Assembly: GCA_002269645.1 (NCBI GenBank)
Contig: NIVC01001619.1
Location: forward strand, 76,636-140,635
Length of the DNA stretch: 64,000 nucleotides
Direction: 5' to 3'
DNA from: Macrostomum lignano
Lineage: Eukaryota
The notes under the pieces are model-generated. The model was not told the DNA's origin and made no database searches. It saw only the letters and a program-made list of their open reading frames with translations. Shown here piece after piece: positions 50,886-62,462 of the stretch. A program made the translations under genes and the position numbers. Positions within the stretch are counted from its first letter, which is position 1; each line of letters opens with the position of its first letter.

Positions 50886-51698
50886 TTAAAATTTGACAGG
50901 GTTTAATTTGCTTTGCATGAACTGTTGCTCAGGCCGCCTAATCGCGTCAAACTGTTCATCACCATTCTGCGCACAGAGAGGCAAAGGTATAACTGGCGCC
51001 GCAACCTGCGGTTCCTGATCGGAAGTTAGAGCTTCCGTTGCAGTTTCAGCAGCCGGTTCATGCCAACCTTCGGAGGTGAGTTTAGTTGACGGTGACGCCG
51101 CATCCGACTGAGACAGAGACTGTGCATCAATAGCTTGAGTATCTCCAGACTCAACTGCAGAAACGTCTTCGCCACTGTAGCATTGAGTAGCCCAATACCG
51201 AATTTTAAAGGACAGAAGTTGACTAGATCGATTGAGTCGAAATACTAGCAAGGCAAAGCAAAACGAGACAAACAACAAGCCGAAAGCGATAGCAACCGGT
51301 TGAATTCCAAACGCTAAAGAGCGGTTATGCAACGGGAGGTCATTGCTTGGAATAATAGGCCGAGCAGAATTACCATTTTCAAATTTCTCTGGAAGACCAA
51401 GTCTTGATGGCAAAACCGATTCATTACAATAAGAATACCTCTTAATTAGAATACAGAATTCGTCTTTGGAACTATGCGTGCTAGTGCAAGATTGGAGGAC
51501 ATCGTCGCAAGACTGACAATTGCATAGAAAGTCGTGGTACTGATTGGCCAAACAATGTACAAGGTTCTGCATAGATTCACTGCAATCTTCGCGACTTCGT
51601 GGAAAGCTGCCAATTGATTTAACTATGTTGAATTTAAAGTTGACAATCCATAGCCATAGTTGCTGATAATAAATAAGTTGATTGAAAAAGTTGCGCAT
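50886..51698 (-). CDS. Receptor C: single-exon type I membrane protein with 8-Cys ectodomain, 270 aa
   Basis: Intact ORF; CNCQSC core; TM VAIAFGLLFVSFCFALLVF; acidic tail. The signal peptide is only weakly hydrophobic. Confidence 0.8.
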   Translation of the reverse strand: MRNFFNQLIYYQQLWLWIVNFKFNIVKSIGSFPRSREDCSESMQNLVHCLANQYHDFLCNCQSCDDVLQSCTSTHSSKDEFCILIKRYSYCNESVLPSRLGLPEKFENGNSARPIIPSNDLPLHNRSLAFGIQPVAIAFGLLFVSFCFALLVFRLNRSSQLLSFKIRYWATQCYSGEDVSAVESGDTQAIDAQSLSQSDAASPSTKLTSEGWHEPAAETATEALTSDQEPQVAAPVIPLPLCAQNGDEQFDAIRRPEQQFMQSKLNPVKF

Positions 51699-52121
51699 TT
51701 TTTGTACAAATCTGTTGACTTTACAGACCTTTGCGGTATGGCTCGAGCGCCTGAAAATTCGTTAAAAACATAGCTAATTGTAAAGGTAAATTAGCAAGCG
51801 GTATGGTAGTGTGTGTGTGGACTACCTAATCCTTAGAATTCAATGAGATGTGTTCAACTTTAAGTGGGACAGCTTCGATATGGGAAAATGAGAGAAAAAC
51901 AGTGATGCTTAGCAAAGCATCAGAAGACTAATTACTAATTAATTAATCTTTAATTAGGGTTTATCACTCCAATGGGATTGTCGGCGAAGCTACAATAACA
52001 GTTTTGCGGGCTAAATATAGCTTTTTGAAGCCTATTTGGGCCTACGAGCATAGAATTTAATCCTAGATACGTTTGTAGTATGGATAGTATGGATGTAGTA
52101 TGAATTTTGTAGTATGGAGCT

Positions 52122-53019
52122 TTTGTCCATGGTAGCTGGGCTGGCACAGCGGCATTTAGTTTGGTCCAACAAGCACCAATTTGGTCCAACAAGCATCAAT
52201 TTGGTCCAACAAGCACCAATTTGGTCCAACAAGCATCAATTTGGTCCAACAAGCACCAATTTGGTCCAACAAGCATCAATTTGGTCCAACAAGCACCAAT
52301 TTGGTCCAACAAGCATCAATTCGGTCCAACAAGCATCAATTCGGTCTAACAAGCACCAATTTGGTCCAACAAGCACCAATTTGGTCCAACAAGCACCAAT
52401 TTGGTCCAACAAGCATCAATTTGGTCCAACAAGCACCAATTTGGTCCAACAAGCATCAATTTGGTCCAAAAAGCACCAATTTGGTCCAACAAGCATCAAT
52501 TTGGTCCAACAAGCACCAATTTGGTCCAACAAGCACCAATTTGGTCCAACAAGCACCAATTTGGTCCAAAAAGCACCAATTTGGTCCAAAAAGCACCAAT
52601 TTGGTCCAACAAGCATCAATTTGGTCCATAGCTTCATTTGCAACTGTTGCGAATGAGCAAGATCAGCCCCAGAATTGTGTATGATATGCTAGGCTGTTGA
52701 ACCAATGTCATTGGCTTGCGATCGAAGCGCTCGACAGAGGTGAACACCCAAAGGACATTGCAAGGCTGTTCAATGTAAAAGAAAGATGGTTTACAGCATC
52801 CAGCAGCGCTTTGAAACCACTGCCGGCAGAGGTCGCCTGCGAAAAGAAAGATAATTCTATGTTGACGTTGCAGAAAATGTAGCAGAATTTGAAGAAACAG
52901 TTCCAGTTGGTTATCAGATTTTTGACTATCGGTAGAGCTCTGGAAAAGCGTTTGGACCAAATTGATGCTTGTTGGACTAAATTAAATGCCGCTCTGACAG
53001 CCTCGCTACCATAGACAAA
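52122..53019. mobile_element. Inverted-repeat element with an expanded 20-bp subterminal array and a possible transposase HTH remnant
   Basis: Left TTTGTCCATGGTAGC...GCGGCATTTAGTTTGGTCCAACAAGC is inverted at about 52953-53019; (TTGGTCCAACAAGCACCAAT)n at 52160-52628; internal frame AIEALDRGEHPKDIARLFNVKERW. Confidence 0.6.
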
Positions 53020-53798
53020 CATTGGCAAATGTATCTTGGATTAACTTAAATGCGCGTAAATTTAAATAAGCTGCAAAAAAAGCTATATTTGATCGAACTA
53101 TGAGCTAATTATACCTTTGCTGAAATTGAAATGGTTAGGTCCTACAATGAATGGCGAAATGATTAACACGTAATTAGAACTTTTACCACAATTTTAAAGG
53201 AAATATATACGGCTGTAATTTTATTTACAAAATTTACGAATATATGGTATTATGATAGATACTTCTAACCTGCAAGAGTATATGTAGGTTAAAAATATTA
53301 CAATGGGAAAATCAGTTAAGGTTAGTGTTTGTTTGCATAAATAGAGAGTACGAGCGTATTTCGACTATATATCGAAAGCTACACGTCATCTTCACATATA
53401 TAAAAAGTGCGTAAATTATCTGTACATCACAAATTGTGCCCCTAAAGAAGAAAAATAATGCAAACATTCGAATCAAAACAAAAAAAACATTTCGCTTCAA
53501 AAGTAGCAGTAATTAGTGATATTGGAGACTGCTAAAAGTACGAATTTCTGGACCTTTACGGCGTGTAAATTTAGTACCAAGGACGACTTAGGAATTGCAG
53601 GAAACTTCATTTCCTACAAACCATCTGAAAGGCTGGTCTTTAATACACTACTGAGTTAGGAACTGTTCGCTAAAAGGATAACAAGCTTCTTATACGCCAT
53701 AAAACTTGCTTAGTACAAACTGGATATCCATAAAGCGAGCACAGGTCGGTCAAACGTCTTCCATAGTTAATATGTGATAAAATTGAAACACAAAAATT

Positions 53799-54178
53799 CG
53801 AAGGGTGTCTGGAAAGTTCTGACACTTTTGATTCTAGAGCAGCTGCAAGCACAACTTTGGTATCATTTTTAATGAATTCAGTCGCGTGTTTTTTGGTCAT
53901 TTCATTCAAAAGTTATGTGTGAAAAACCATCGCAGTGCCCCTAAAATAACTCCCCCCCCACTTCATTCCTCAACTCAAGTCTACCGCGGCGTAGCTAAGT
54001 TGCGTCACTTGCAAGATTGAGAGACTTTACCTGCACTCTCAAAAATGACGACCACAGACTGAATCTTCTGTAATGGCGAATTTTCGATGTTATAAATTTT
54101 GTTATAAATTTTGAATGAAATGACCAAAATACAGGCGACTAAACTCTATAAGTGTCAGACTTTTCCATACACCCCTCG
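53799..54178. mobile_element. Tc1/mariner-like MITE with long imperfect TIRs
   Basis: Right end reads TA-CGAGGGGTGTATGGAAAAGTCTGACACTT on the minus strand, matching left CGAAGGGTGTCTGGAAAGTTCTGACACTT; second inverted pair at about 53880-53917 and 54104-54140. Confidence 0.65.
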
Positions 54179-54284
54179 TACACGTAGGCTGAAATTTTAG
54201 CCACAACTCATTGCACAGCTGCTCTATTATTGACTGGTAAAACTGTAAAACTATTCAACATGCTGAGCACGGGTTATACAACGA

Positions 54285-54500
54285 CGTCTTAAGTAGAAGG
54301 ACGGGAAAAAACGGAGGACGGACACTACGGAGATAGGAAGTTTTTTTCAGCACAAAAATTGCTATTGCTTTTGATAGGAGGCAGATCCAGTGTTCATCTT
54401 TTGATATGTTGTGCCTTTCTTATTGCTCTATCGATATTTATAAAGCTTTTCGTTCAGAAAATTAGAATTTTATGTTAATTTTTTATTCTACGTACATTTA
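54285..54500 (+). repeat. Dispersed non-autonomous repeat; inverted copy at about 12095-12345, partial copies at about 44050-44240 and 16540-16625
   Basis: Shared CGAAAAGCTTTAT.AATATC.ATAGAGCAATAAGAAAGGCA...AAAGATGAACA...CTATCAAAAGCAATAGC...CCTATCTCCGTA. Confidence 0.7.
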
Positions 54501-55371
54501 CTGTACCTAACAATCATAAAAATGCATGGCACGGCTCCAATCATTGCTTCTATGAATCTATTTTATCATTTGTGCTACGCATATTTGTTACAGTCAGCTA
54601 AGAATGATAAAACAGACTCATAAAACTAAAGAGCTGAGCTGTGCTATTTTAACGGTTTTAGGCACAAGACATGCACGAATGTATGTAGAATCCAAGTTGT
54701 CCTTGGGGTTATATATAACTATTTGAACGCATTTGTCGCATACAACTTGCTGATTGAATATCACAGGGAAAATTAACCGAAAAGTTGTGCAATTTGGTTT
54801 AGCAGTTTTACTATTCAATAGATCAACCTATGCAAGGGGTTGTGGATAAAAGTTGGGCTCGTTCACAGCAACTTTTCGTAATTTATTAACGAAATATCAG
54901 CAAATGAACAGATAATACATTAAATAACTATTGCTACACAAATAATTATTCAATTTATTACAAAATGAAAACAATTTAGAATAAAATTAGCACCTGATAA
55001 TTTATAAGTAGCATAAAACTGATTAAATATGGCGCTTCATATTGTTAAAAAATTACCATAAGATACACAATATCAACATATAAGCGGAATGTGTACATAT
55101 GGATTGTTTTACTCGTAAATGGCGCTAAGAATAAATCAATTTGTCCAAAAATACGCACGTGTTTTTAGAAAAATTGCCAAGAACAGACACAACCATAACT
55201 TGTAGCCATAAAATCACGCGGTTACCTCGTGGATTTGTTTCTTTGCTTTGCGCTCTGGTCCGCCTTCATTGCACTAGGATAAAAAGTGAGTTTGACATAT
55301 TAGCTTTGCCTCAGATCATAGAATAACAAAGGCTTCCATTCTTGAATAAGTGTTGAATAAATTTGGCATCC

Positions 55372-56244
55372 TCAAAAGCTACTAGTGGCATTGGCACTAG
55401 CAGATGCTGCCACTTTTTTGCGCGCATTGTCTTGATCGCGCCTGCTTCCAGGCGTAGCAGACTGTTGCTCGGTAGTGCCACTAGCTGGAATGCCTGGCGT
55501 ACTGCCTGCCAGGACTGGATCCATCACGTCTAGTAGTTGCGCAGGCGGTGTCGTCTGAGTGACTCCGGCGCTTAGGCTGCGCGCTAGCAGCGGTCGGGAC
55601 GACTGAGTCTGCTCTGGAGGCGATGACGGTACCGAAGCGGCCCGACCGAATATGCGCCATTGTTGCATAAACTTTGGCAATCTCTTTGAGTATGTACGGC
55701 CAAGAAGCAGTGCTGCTACTAGTGCTGCGAAAATTATAATTAATACCAAACCGATAGCAAGAAAGACAACATAATTTGGCTGCTCATAGTTTGTAGTTGA
55801 CTGATAATTGTAGGCAGCTGCAGCATTATTATTAGTGGACGCAAATCTACTAGCAACCGAAGCGACACTGTTCAATGTGGAAAGATGGGTGATGGTGGAA
55901 GCTTCACGTGTTGTACTAGCGCTTGTAGAAGGCAAAGTAGTAGTTTTGGTACTGTTGTCGCAGTAATACAATTCTTTTAATTTTGAACAAAACTCGTCAC
56001 TAGGACGTGGCTGACTGCAATGCTGCCAAGTGGCCTCACAATGTACACAAGTGCAGTGGACATCGTAGTACTCATTTTCGGAGCAATTTAGCATGTTCTG
56101 AGTTTGCCGGACGCACTCGTACCGACTCATTGGGTAGCTCAGTGGATTTTTTACACTCATCGACAGAACCAAATTAGACATCAAGTTGATCTGAATCAGA
56201 GTTACAAAAGTCAGAAATTTCCAAATTTGGTTATTTGCTGCCAT
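55372..56244 (-). CDS. Receptor D: single-exon type I membrane protein with 8-Cys ectodomain, about 290 aa
   Basis: Hydrophobic N-terminus; CSENEYYDVHCTCVHC; S/T-rich stalk; TM YVVFLAIGLVLIIIFAALVAALLLG; Pro/Ser/Thr-rich tail. Confidence 0.85.
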   Translation of the reverse strand: MAANNQIWKFLTFVTLIQINLMSNLVLSMSVKNPLSYPMSRYECVRQTQNMLNCSENEYYDVHCTCVHCEATWQHCSQPRPSDEFCSKLKELYYCDNSTKTTTLPSTSASTTREASTITHLSTLNSVASVASRFASTNNNAAAAYNYQSTTNYEQPNYVVFLAIGLVLIIIFAALVAALLLGRTYSKRLPKFMQQWRIFGRAASVPSSPPEQTQSSRPLLARSLSAGVTQTTPPAQLLDVMDPVLAGSTPGIPASGTTEQQSATPGSRRDQDNARKKVAASASANATSSF

Positions 56245-57925
56245 CACCAGACTTCTCCAGGGAAGAGAGCGCTATCGCAGCCCGTTTTAGCTCACATGCA
56301 TGAAATTTTAGCAAGGCATTTAAAGAGAGCATATAGACGACATTGATATACAAACAAGTAGGGGACACATTTAAAAATCATTTCGTTAAGATGAACAGAA
56401 ACTGTAACTGAAAAAGTACAAAAAATCAACTCTTTACCAGTACTATTTCTGCATTAAAATTAAAAAGTCTACCATTTGTCATCTTGCCTTATGAGACTAT
56501 ATAATATTTAATATTTTGTAGCCATAAATACTTATTTAAAGCAGTGAATTAAATTTTAAAGACATCAATATCAAATTTATGACGTTTATTTTTACAAGCA
56601 AAATTTACAATGTTTACAACAGATCAAGTGGCGCTTGGAAGTAATAATTTAAAATCAATAAAATAACGTGCAAACAAAAAAGACAAAAAACAACTGCGGA
56701 TATTAAATAAGCTTCTTTTGATTTTGATTAATTGCTTTCGTTATTTCAAACACAATATTTTTTCGAAAACATATAAAAAGTAATTCTCCAGCTACACACT
56801 AGCATTGAATGCCAAGTATAATATAAGCAGATATGAGAGAGCATATGCAAATAGGACCGGAACGAAAACGCACAATTTAATATTTTGACATGGGCTCGCA
56901 ATATGTTGTGCTTCGAATGTACAAAACGGAATAATATTTGCCGGTGAAAAAATGACGCATTATTAGATTAATATATGCCAATCCCAGAAGTGGTCTGGTC
57001 TGGTCTGCAAGTGGTCTGGTAGCGCATTAGGCGTTGTCTTTTAAATGCCATAGCGCGAACGGGGTGACGCAACATCTAGCACCATTTTCCTGGCCACGCT
57101 GGCAACCTGACCATCGCTATTAACAACAACAGAAACATTGATAGTCAATTAGCAGGTTTTAAGTCACACTTGGTAATTTAGCTGTTTTAAAAACTAGAAA
57201 GAAAGACGCATAAAGACATTTAATTTTTTAAGTACAGTGTACATTTTCTTTAGTGATGTTTATCTGGTGCTGTTTAAAACAGAACAAGGCTTTTTAAAAA
57301 TTCAAAAATTAAGAATTGGAATACTTCACACGATATTTTGTTGAGGCAGAGTGACGCAAAGGATGATCACAGATATATAAATAAAAATGTTGCAGAAATA
57401 TTGACGATTACTACTTTAAGCATTGGGGACACAAGAAGCAGAATTTGGATTTTTGAATGGATTTTACAGCTGCTAATGTGTGTTATTTCAAGTGATCTTA
57501 AATCTCTTTCTCTGCTTACTATAAAGTTTGTCAACTTAAGCTTATAAAGTGGAGCCCAATACACAAATGATACGTCATTATGCTCACAGTGACACCAGGA
57601 AGCTAGGTTGGGCGAAAAAGTGACAAAAAATTGGACCTAGGATAGGGGAGAACAAGCAAAGGGATAATTTGGGACACCACTTTATTAGCTTAAGTTTACA
57701 TAATAGTTCCTGATTATACGTCGTCTTTTTGTGGTGATTTTTATCATGATGCATACAGAAATTTTTCGTCTGCTAAAAACTTTCTTTAACAAATACGATT
57801 GTTTTGTTCAAAGATGGTTAATTTTACAGATTACAGACCTAGGTTGGAGCGGCTGTTGTATTATTCGTTATGACAAATTAACAATTCATACAAAAACGCT
57901 TCAAATTTTCGAATGACCCGACAGT

Positions 57926-58675
57926 TCAGGCATTGGCTTGCGGAGCAGGGTCAGGAGTGTCTGGTATGTCGACCACTACCGGCTCATGATCCAAGTCATT
58001 TTCCACATGCTGCTGCTGCTGCTGCTGCACATCAAGCAAAGGAGCTGCTGGTTCAATTGCAGTAGGCTCACTGAACATGCTTACTCTGCGGTTGGCGCTG
58101 TTGTTATCAAATGGCGTCTGAGTCTGAGCTTGCCGACTCCTAGGCAACAGGCGACAAAAGCTAGTAAACTTCACTCTTATCACGTCGGCGTACTTCAATC
58201 GAATGAACATCGCTATTCCGATTACAACAACTATGATAATTAGAATAGGAATTGTTATCTTCACTGCAGTGGACAGACCGTCATAGACTTTGCCGTTGCT
58301 GTCGGTAGTTAACAACAGATTATCAGTAGCTCCGCTAGTAGACTCTACGCCTCTCGCACTGGTGGTAGGAGTGAAACTACTAGCATTGCCACTGCTTGTA
58401 GTATTCAGTGCGCAATAGTTTAGCTCACGATATTTCGGACAGATTAAGTCATTAGGATTTGAAAAGCATCTTTGTTTCACAATGGTGCAGCTCTGACACT
58501 CGCATTGCGAGTTGAAATAATTCTCGCTTTGATTCGAGCAAGCTTGAAGCAATCTTACATTAATTCTATCCTTGCAAATGTTGAAACTGAAAGGATACGA
58601 CAATTCCTGTGCCACGGAATCAAGTAGCTGGCATAAAAAGATTATTGTTGACAAAACGATAATCCGGCAATCCAT
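57926..58675 (-). CDS. Receptor E: single-exon type I membrane protein with 8-Cys ectodomain, about 249 aa
   Basis: Signal peptide MDCRIIVLSTIIFLCQLLDSVA; CECQSC core; S/T stalk; TM ITIPILIIIVVVIGIAMFI followed by RLK. Confidence 0.85.
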   Translation of the reverse strand: MDCRIIVLSTIIFLCQLLDSVAQELSYPFSFNICKDRINVRLLQACSNQSENYFNSQCECQSCTIVKQRCFSNPNDLICPKYRELNYCALNTTSSGNASSFTPTTSARGVESTSGATDNLLLTTDSNGKVYDGLSTAVKITIPILIIIVVVIGIAMFIRLKYADVIRVKFTSFCRLLPRSRQAQTQTPFDNNSANRRVSMFSEPTAIEPAAPLLDVQQQQQQHVENDLDHEPVVVDIPDTPDPAPQANA

Positions 58676-58849
58676 AGGGCCATAAAAAAGCAATAAAGTA
58701 ATTTTTGTATTACCAAATATTTGCTGCAGAATAAATAAACAAATATTGATTAGAAAAATAAGTATAATTCTCCATCAGAAAATTTTTTATCCACTACAAT
58801 AAAAATACCATTTTTCACTCCTAAATAATACTATCTAAGACTCTAGATA

Positions 58850-59555
58850 ACATCACCTGTGACTAGACAATAGCACCTGAGACTCTAGATAATTACCACC
58901 TGTGACTCTATATAATTACCACCTGTGACTCTATATAATTACTACCTGTGACTAGACAATAGCACCTGTGACTTTAGATAATTACCACCTGTGACTCTAG
59001 ATAATTACCACCTGTGACTCTAGATAATTACCACCTGTGACTCTATATAATTACTACCTGTGACTAGACAATAGCACCTGTGACTTTAGATAATTACCAC
59101 CTGTGACTCTAGATAATAGCACTTAAGACTCTAGATAATTACCACATGTGACTCTAGACAATAGCACTTAAGACTCTAGATAATTACCACCTGTGACTCT
59201 AGATATTTACCACCTGTGACTGTAGACAATAGCACTTAAGACTCTAGATAATTACCACATGTGACTCTAGACAATAGCACTTAAGACTAGATAATTAGCA
59301 CCTGTGACTCTAGATAATTACCACCTGTGACTCTAGATAATTACCACCTGTGACTCTAGATAATTACCACATGTGACTCTAGACAATAGCACTTAAGACT
59401 CTAAATAATTAGCACCTGTGACTCTAGATAATTAGCACCTGTGACTCTAGATAATTAGCACCTGTGACTCTAGATAATTACCACCTGTGACTCTAGATAA
59501 TTAGCACCTGTGACTCTAGATAATTACCACCTGTGACTGTTGATAATACCACCTG
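58850..59555. repeat. About 23-bp minisatellite (CACCTGTGACTCTAGATAATTAC)n
   Basis: Direct reading. Confidence 0.92.
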
Positions 59556-59852
59556 TCAAACAAAATCAAAAGAAAAGAGACAGATATACCCGTGAAAAAA
59601 AAATTGCATAGACAGCTCCCAATCGGGCACATGTGCCAATATTATATTATATTTACTTAACATTAAGGGAGCCCACAATGACGTTAGTAAGATAAATATT
59701 ATTTTATCTAAATTAAAGAACACTAGCTAGCTACCTACCTACCCAAATAATAACTATTAAACAATGAATAAACTAGCGCATCTGAGGGTGTGTTCCAGTC
59801 TGCAACAGAAGCATCTATGATAGGTCAGTCAACAACAAAGCTGGAGACACAA

Positions 59853-62462
59853 TCAAGTTCTGATTTTAATGAGCCAGAGGCGGCGGGTCGGGCTCGGGAA
59901 CTCGCCAATGCTGGCCCAGTAGTAGTTGTACAGCCGGTACGGCTTGATCTCCCAGTGAATCCGGTGCTCCAGCGGGGTGAGCTGCACACCCAGATCGGCC
60001 AGTGTCGGATTGCCAGGCGTCAGGGTGTCAGTCACAAATTCTCGTTCGATCCGGTCTAGCGAGTAGGGCGGACTGACCGGCCGGACGAAATTTATCAGGC
60101 GCATTTGCAGCTTGAATGGCAGTGTTCGATTGAATTCGGTTAAGCGAATGTTGCTGGGACTGTATCTAAGCACCTGGTAGATGTAGGTGATCAGGTGGTC
60201 CAGCCGGTACCTACGGACAGGGGGGGGTCATGACAAGATAACAGCTTTCTACTTTCAGATCTGTAGCAATGGATAATACATAAGCTTCTTTTATAAATAG
60301 AAGTCCAAGCTTGCAGGCGTTAAACAGCTTGCTAATTGGTTCACTGAAATGTACATGGCGGAATTAGGCTGGAACAATCGAGGAGGGGCAATAATAAAAT
60401 TGGGCGGCTCGGCAGGGGTAGAGGTTCTGTGTGGAGTCTGAGGGTTTATTTAAATTGGGGGGGGATAAGGGGGGCCGTAGCCCAGCGGTAGCGCAGCTGC
60501 TCTGGTGTGCCAGCGACCCAGGCTCGATTCCAAGTACAGTCACATTAATTTGGGGCTGAATTGGAATCTCGGCTTGGCTCTGCTCGTGCAATTAACGGCC
60601 TTGAGAGCCAACCCCCCAAGGTGCAGTGAATTGTACATGCCTAACGATAATATAAAGCTAGGGCCGGTGTACACTCCTGTGTGAGTGTGTGCCTGCGTAC
60701 GTATCCGCGCGCTTGTATGCCTGCTCAGGGGAGTCGGCGGAATGGGCAGTAATGCCTCTCGCCGGTTGTGTGCCTATGTCGCTTAAAGTGCGCCAGGGTG
60801 CACACAGCCCCCCTGCCTCTAATAAAAAAAATAATAAATGGGGGGGGGGTAAGAGCCAATAAATGAGCCTTGTGTCTTAAAAATACATTAAAATGCTTCA
60901 GTTTAACTTACTACTGAATTGAAAGTAGCTTACACGCAAATGTGCTGAATGGCCCATCTAGTGATTCTAGTATCTGTCTGTAGTTTTGATTAAGATGGAT
61001 AATAGCCTAGCATATTAACCCTTGGTGATGACCACCTAGTTCACTGAGCTTCTTGGTCATTTCTGAGCATCTTCCGGCTGACTTCTGAGCTGCCCTTGAC
61101 ATTCTGATTGTCTCTGCACCAGGGTTGGGAAGGCAGACCTTCAGGGAGCCTACGGTACAGATGCACTATAGCAACACGCAGTAAAACCAAAAATGCTACA
61201 GTATGAAATTGGATATACTTTAGATCAGGAGGGGTTGTGGCTTAGTGCTTAACGAATGAAAGGTCGGGGTTCGATTCTTGTCTTATTTGGAACAATTTGT
61301 GTCCTTGAGCAAGACACTCAACTCTGCATTGCTTCAGTTTTAAAATCACCAGCTGTATAATGGGTGCCAGCATTAGCTGGGGTAATTGAGGCTGTGTGGC
61401 GACGCCCCCCAGTCCTTGGACTGAACAGCCGTACGCAGCCTTCAGATGCGCCGCGCAATAGCTGCGGCTGAGCTGTCGGTTGCACATCTGCCCAATAGGG
61501 CAGGTGTAATTATTTTTATTTTACTTGAAAACAACTAACTCTGATAGCGAAACGACTAACTAGATGACAAGACATTTTTCTATTGCAGTACAGTTATAGT
61601 TACTCCTGCCGTTTACCCAGTTTTTAATCAATTTTTAATCCCATCAGCACTCACCTGTGCGGTCCAACAATATCAAAGGTCTTGCCCATACAGCCGGGAT
61701 CTAGCAGGGCTTTCACCACGCCGTCACCAACATCGCTAGCAAACACCGGCTGCTTGACAGTGGTCCGACCTTTCTTGTACAGTGGTATGTAGGTGACACC
61801 GCCCAGTCCGGCCACCCGACGATAAGGCCTAGCGTACAGAGTCAGAAAGTGATCCAACTGGCCAAACATATCGGCGGGTCGGAACACGATAGCCTCGGGA
61901 AATTCTTCCCTAACAGCCATTTCGCCTTTGAATTTGGTGCGCAAGAACTCGGAGCCCTCCGGCAGCACGTGACCAGCTGGATTCGGACAGGCGTTCAACG
62001 AGCTGAAGTGCAGCAGCTTCTCAACGCCGCTCTCCTTAGCTAGGCGAGCAATACGCTGAGCACCCAAGTAGTTCACATCCTCAAATGAGAAATTTCTGGT
62101 CTCATTGTTTTTGCCAATTAGATTGACAACTACGTTGGAATATTGCATCGCCTTGCGCAGGCTGGCTTCGTCCTCCAGGTGGATGGGCAAGAACAGGATC
62201 TGACCCAGGTCGCCCATCAGTTTCAGCTCCTTTACATCGTAGGGATCGCCTCGGTACGGGCAGATCACCTGGCAGCCCATTTTGCCCAGCCTATTGACAA
62301 CGTATTTGCCAAAGAAGCCGGAACAGCCAAACACTGTGGCAACCATGCCGCTAAATGAGCTGCGACCGCCTTTGCCACGCTTGTAGTCTGTTAGACGGCT
62401 TGCAGAGCTGTTGCACCGATGAGGCTGGTGAAGCTGGACAGCTTGGCATTGCTGCTGCTTAC
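59853..62462 (-). CDS. NDUFA9: NADH dehydrogenase 1 alpha subcomplex subunit 9; exons 61655-62462 and 59853-60210; true N-terminal exon uncertain
   Basis: RGKGGRSSFSG, ATVFGCSGFFG, PYRGD, LKLMGDLGQILF, SNVVVNLIG, ETRNFSFEDVN, FRPADMFG; phase-2 junction PHR/YRL. An in-frame ATG exists at 62526, but the peptide it adds does not look like a mitochondrial presequence. Confidence 0.93.
60470..60834 (+). mobile_element. tRNA-derived SINE family 1, full length, in NDUFA9 intron
   Basis: Same sequence as 42023-42379 in the opposite orientation; A-rich tail; degenerate TSD TAAAT-G-run-TAAG on both sides. Confidence 0.9.
61231..61444 (+). mobile_element. SINE family 2 (CORE-like), second copy, in NDUFA9 intron
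   Basis: GGGGTTGTGGCTTAGTG head, GGTTCGATTC, CCTTGAGCAAGACACTCAAC...CAGCTGTATAATGGGTGCCAGCATTAG, and the same 3' end GTCCTTGGACTGAACAGCCGTACG. Confidence 0.8.
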
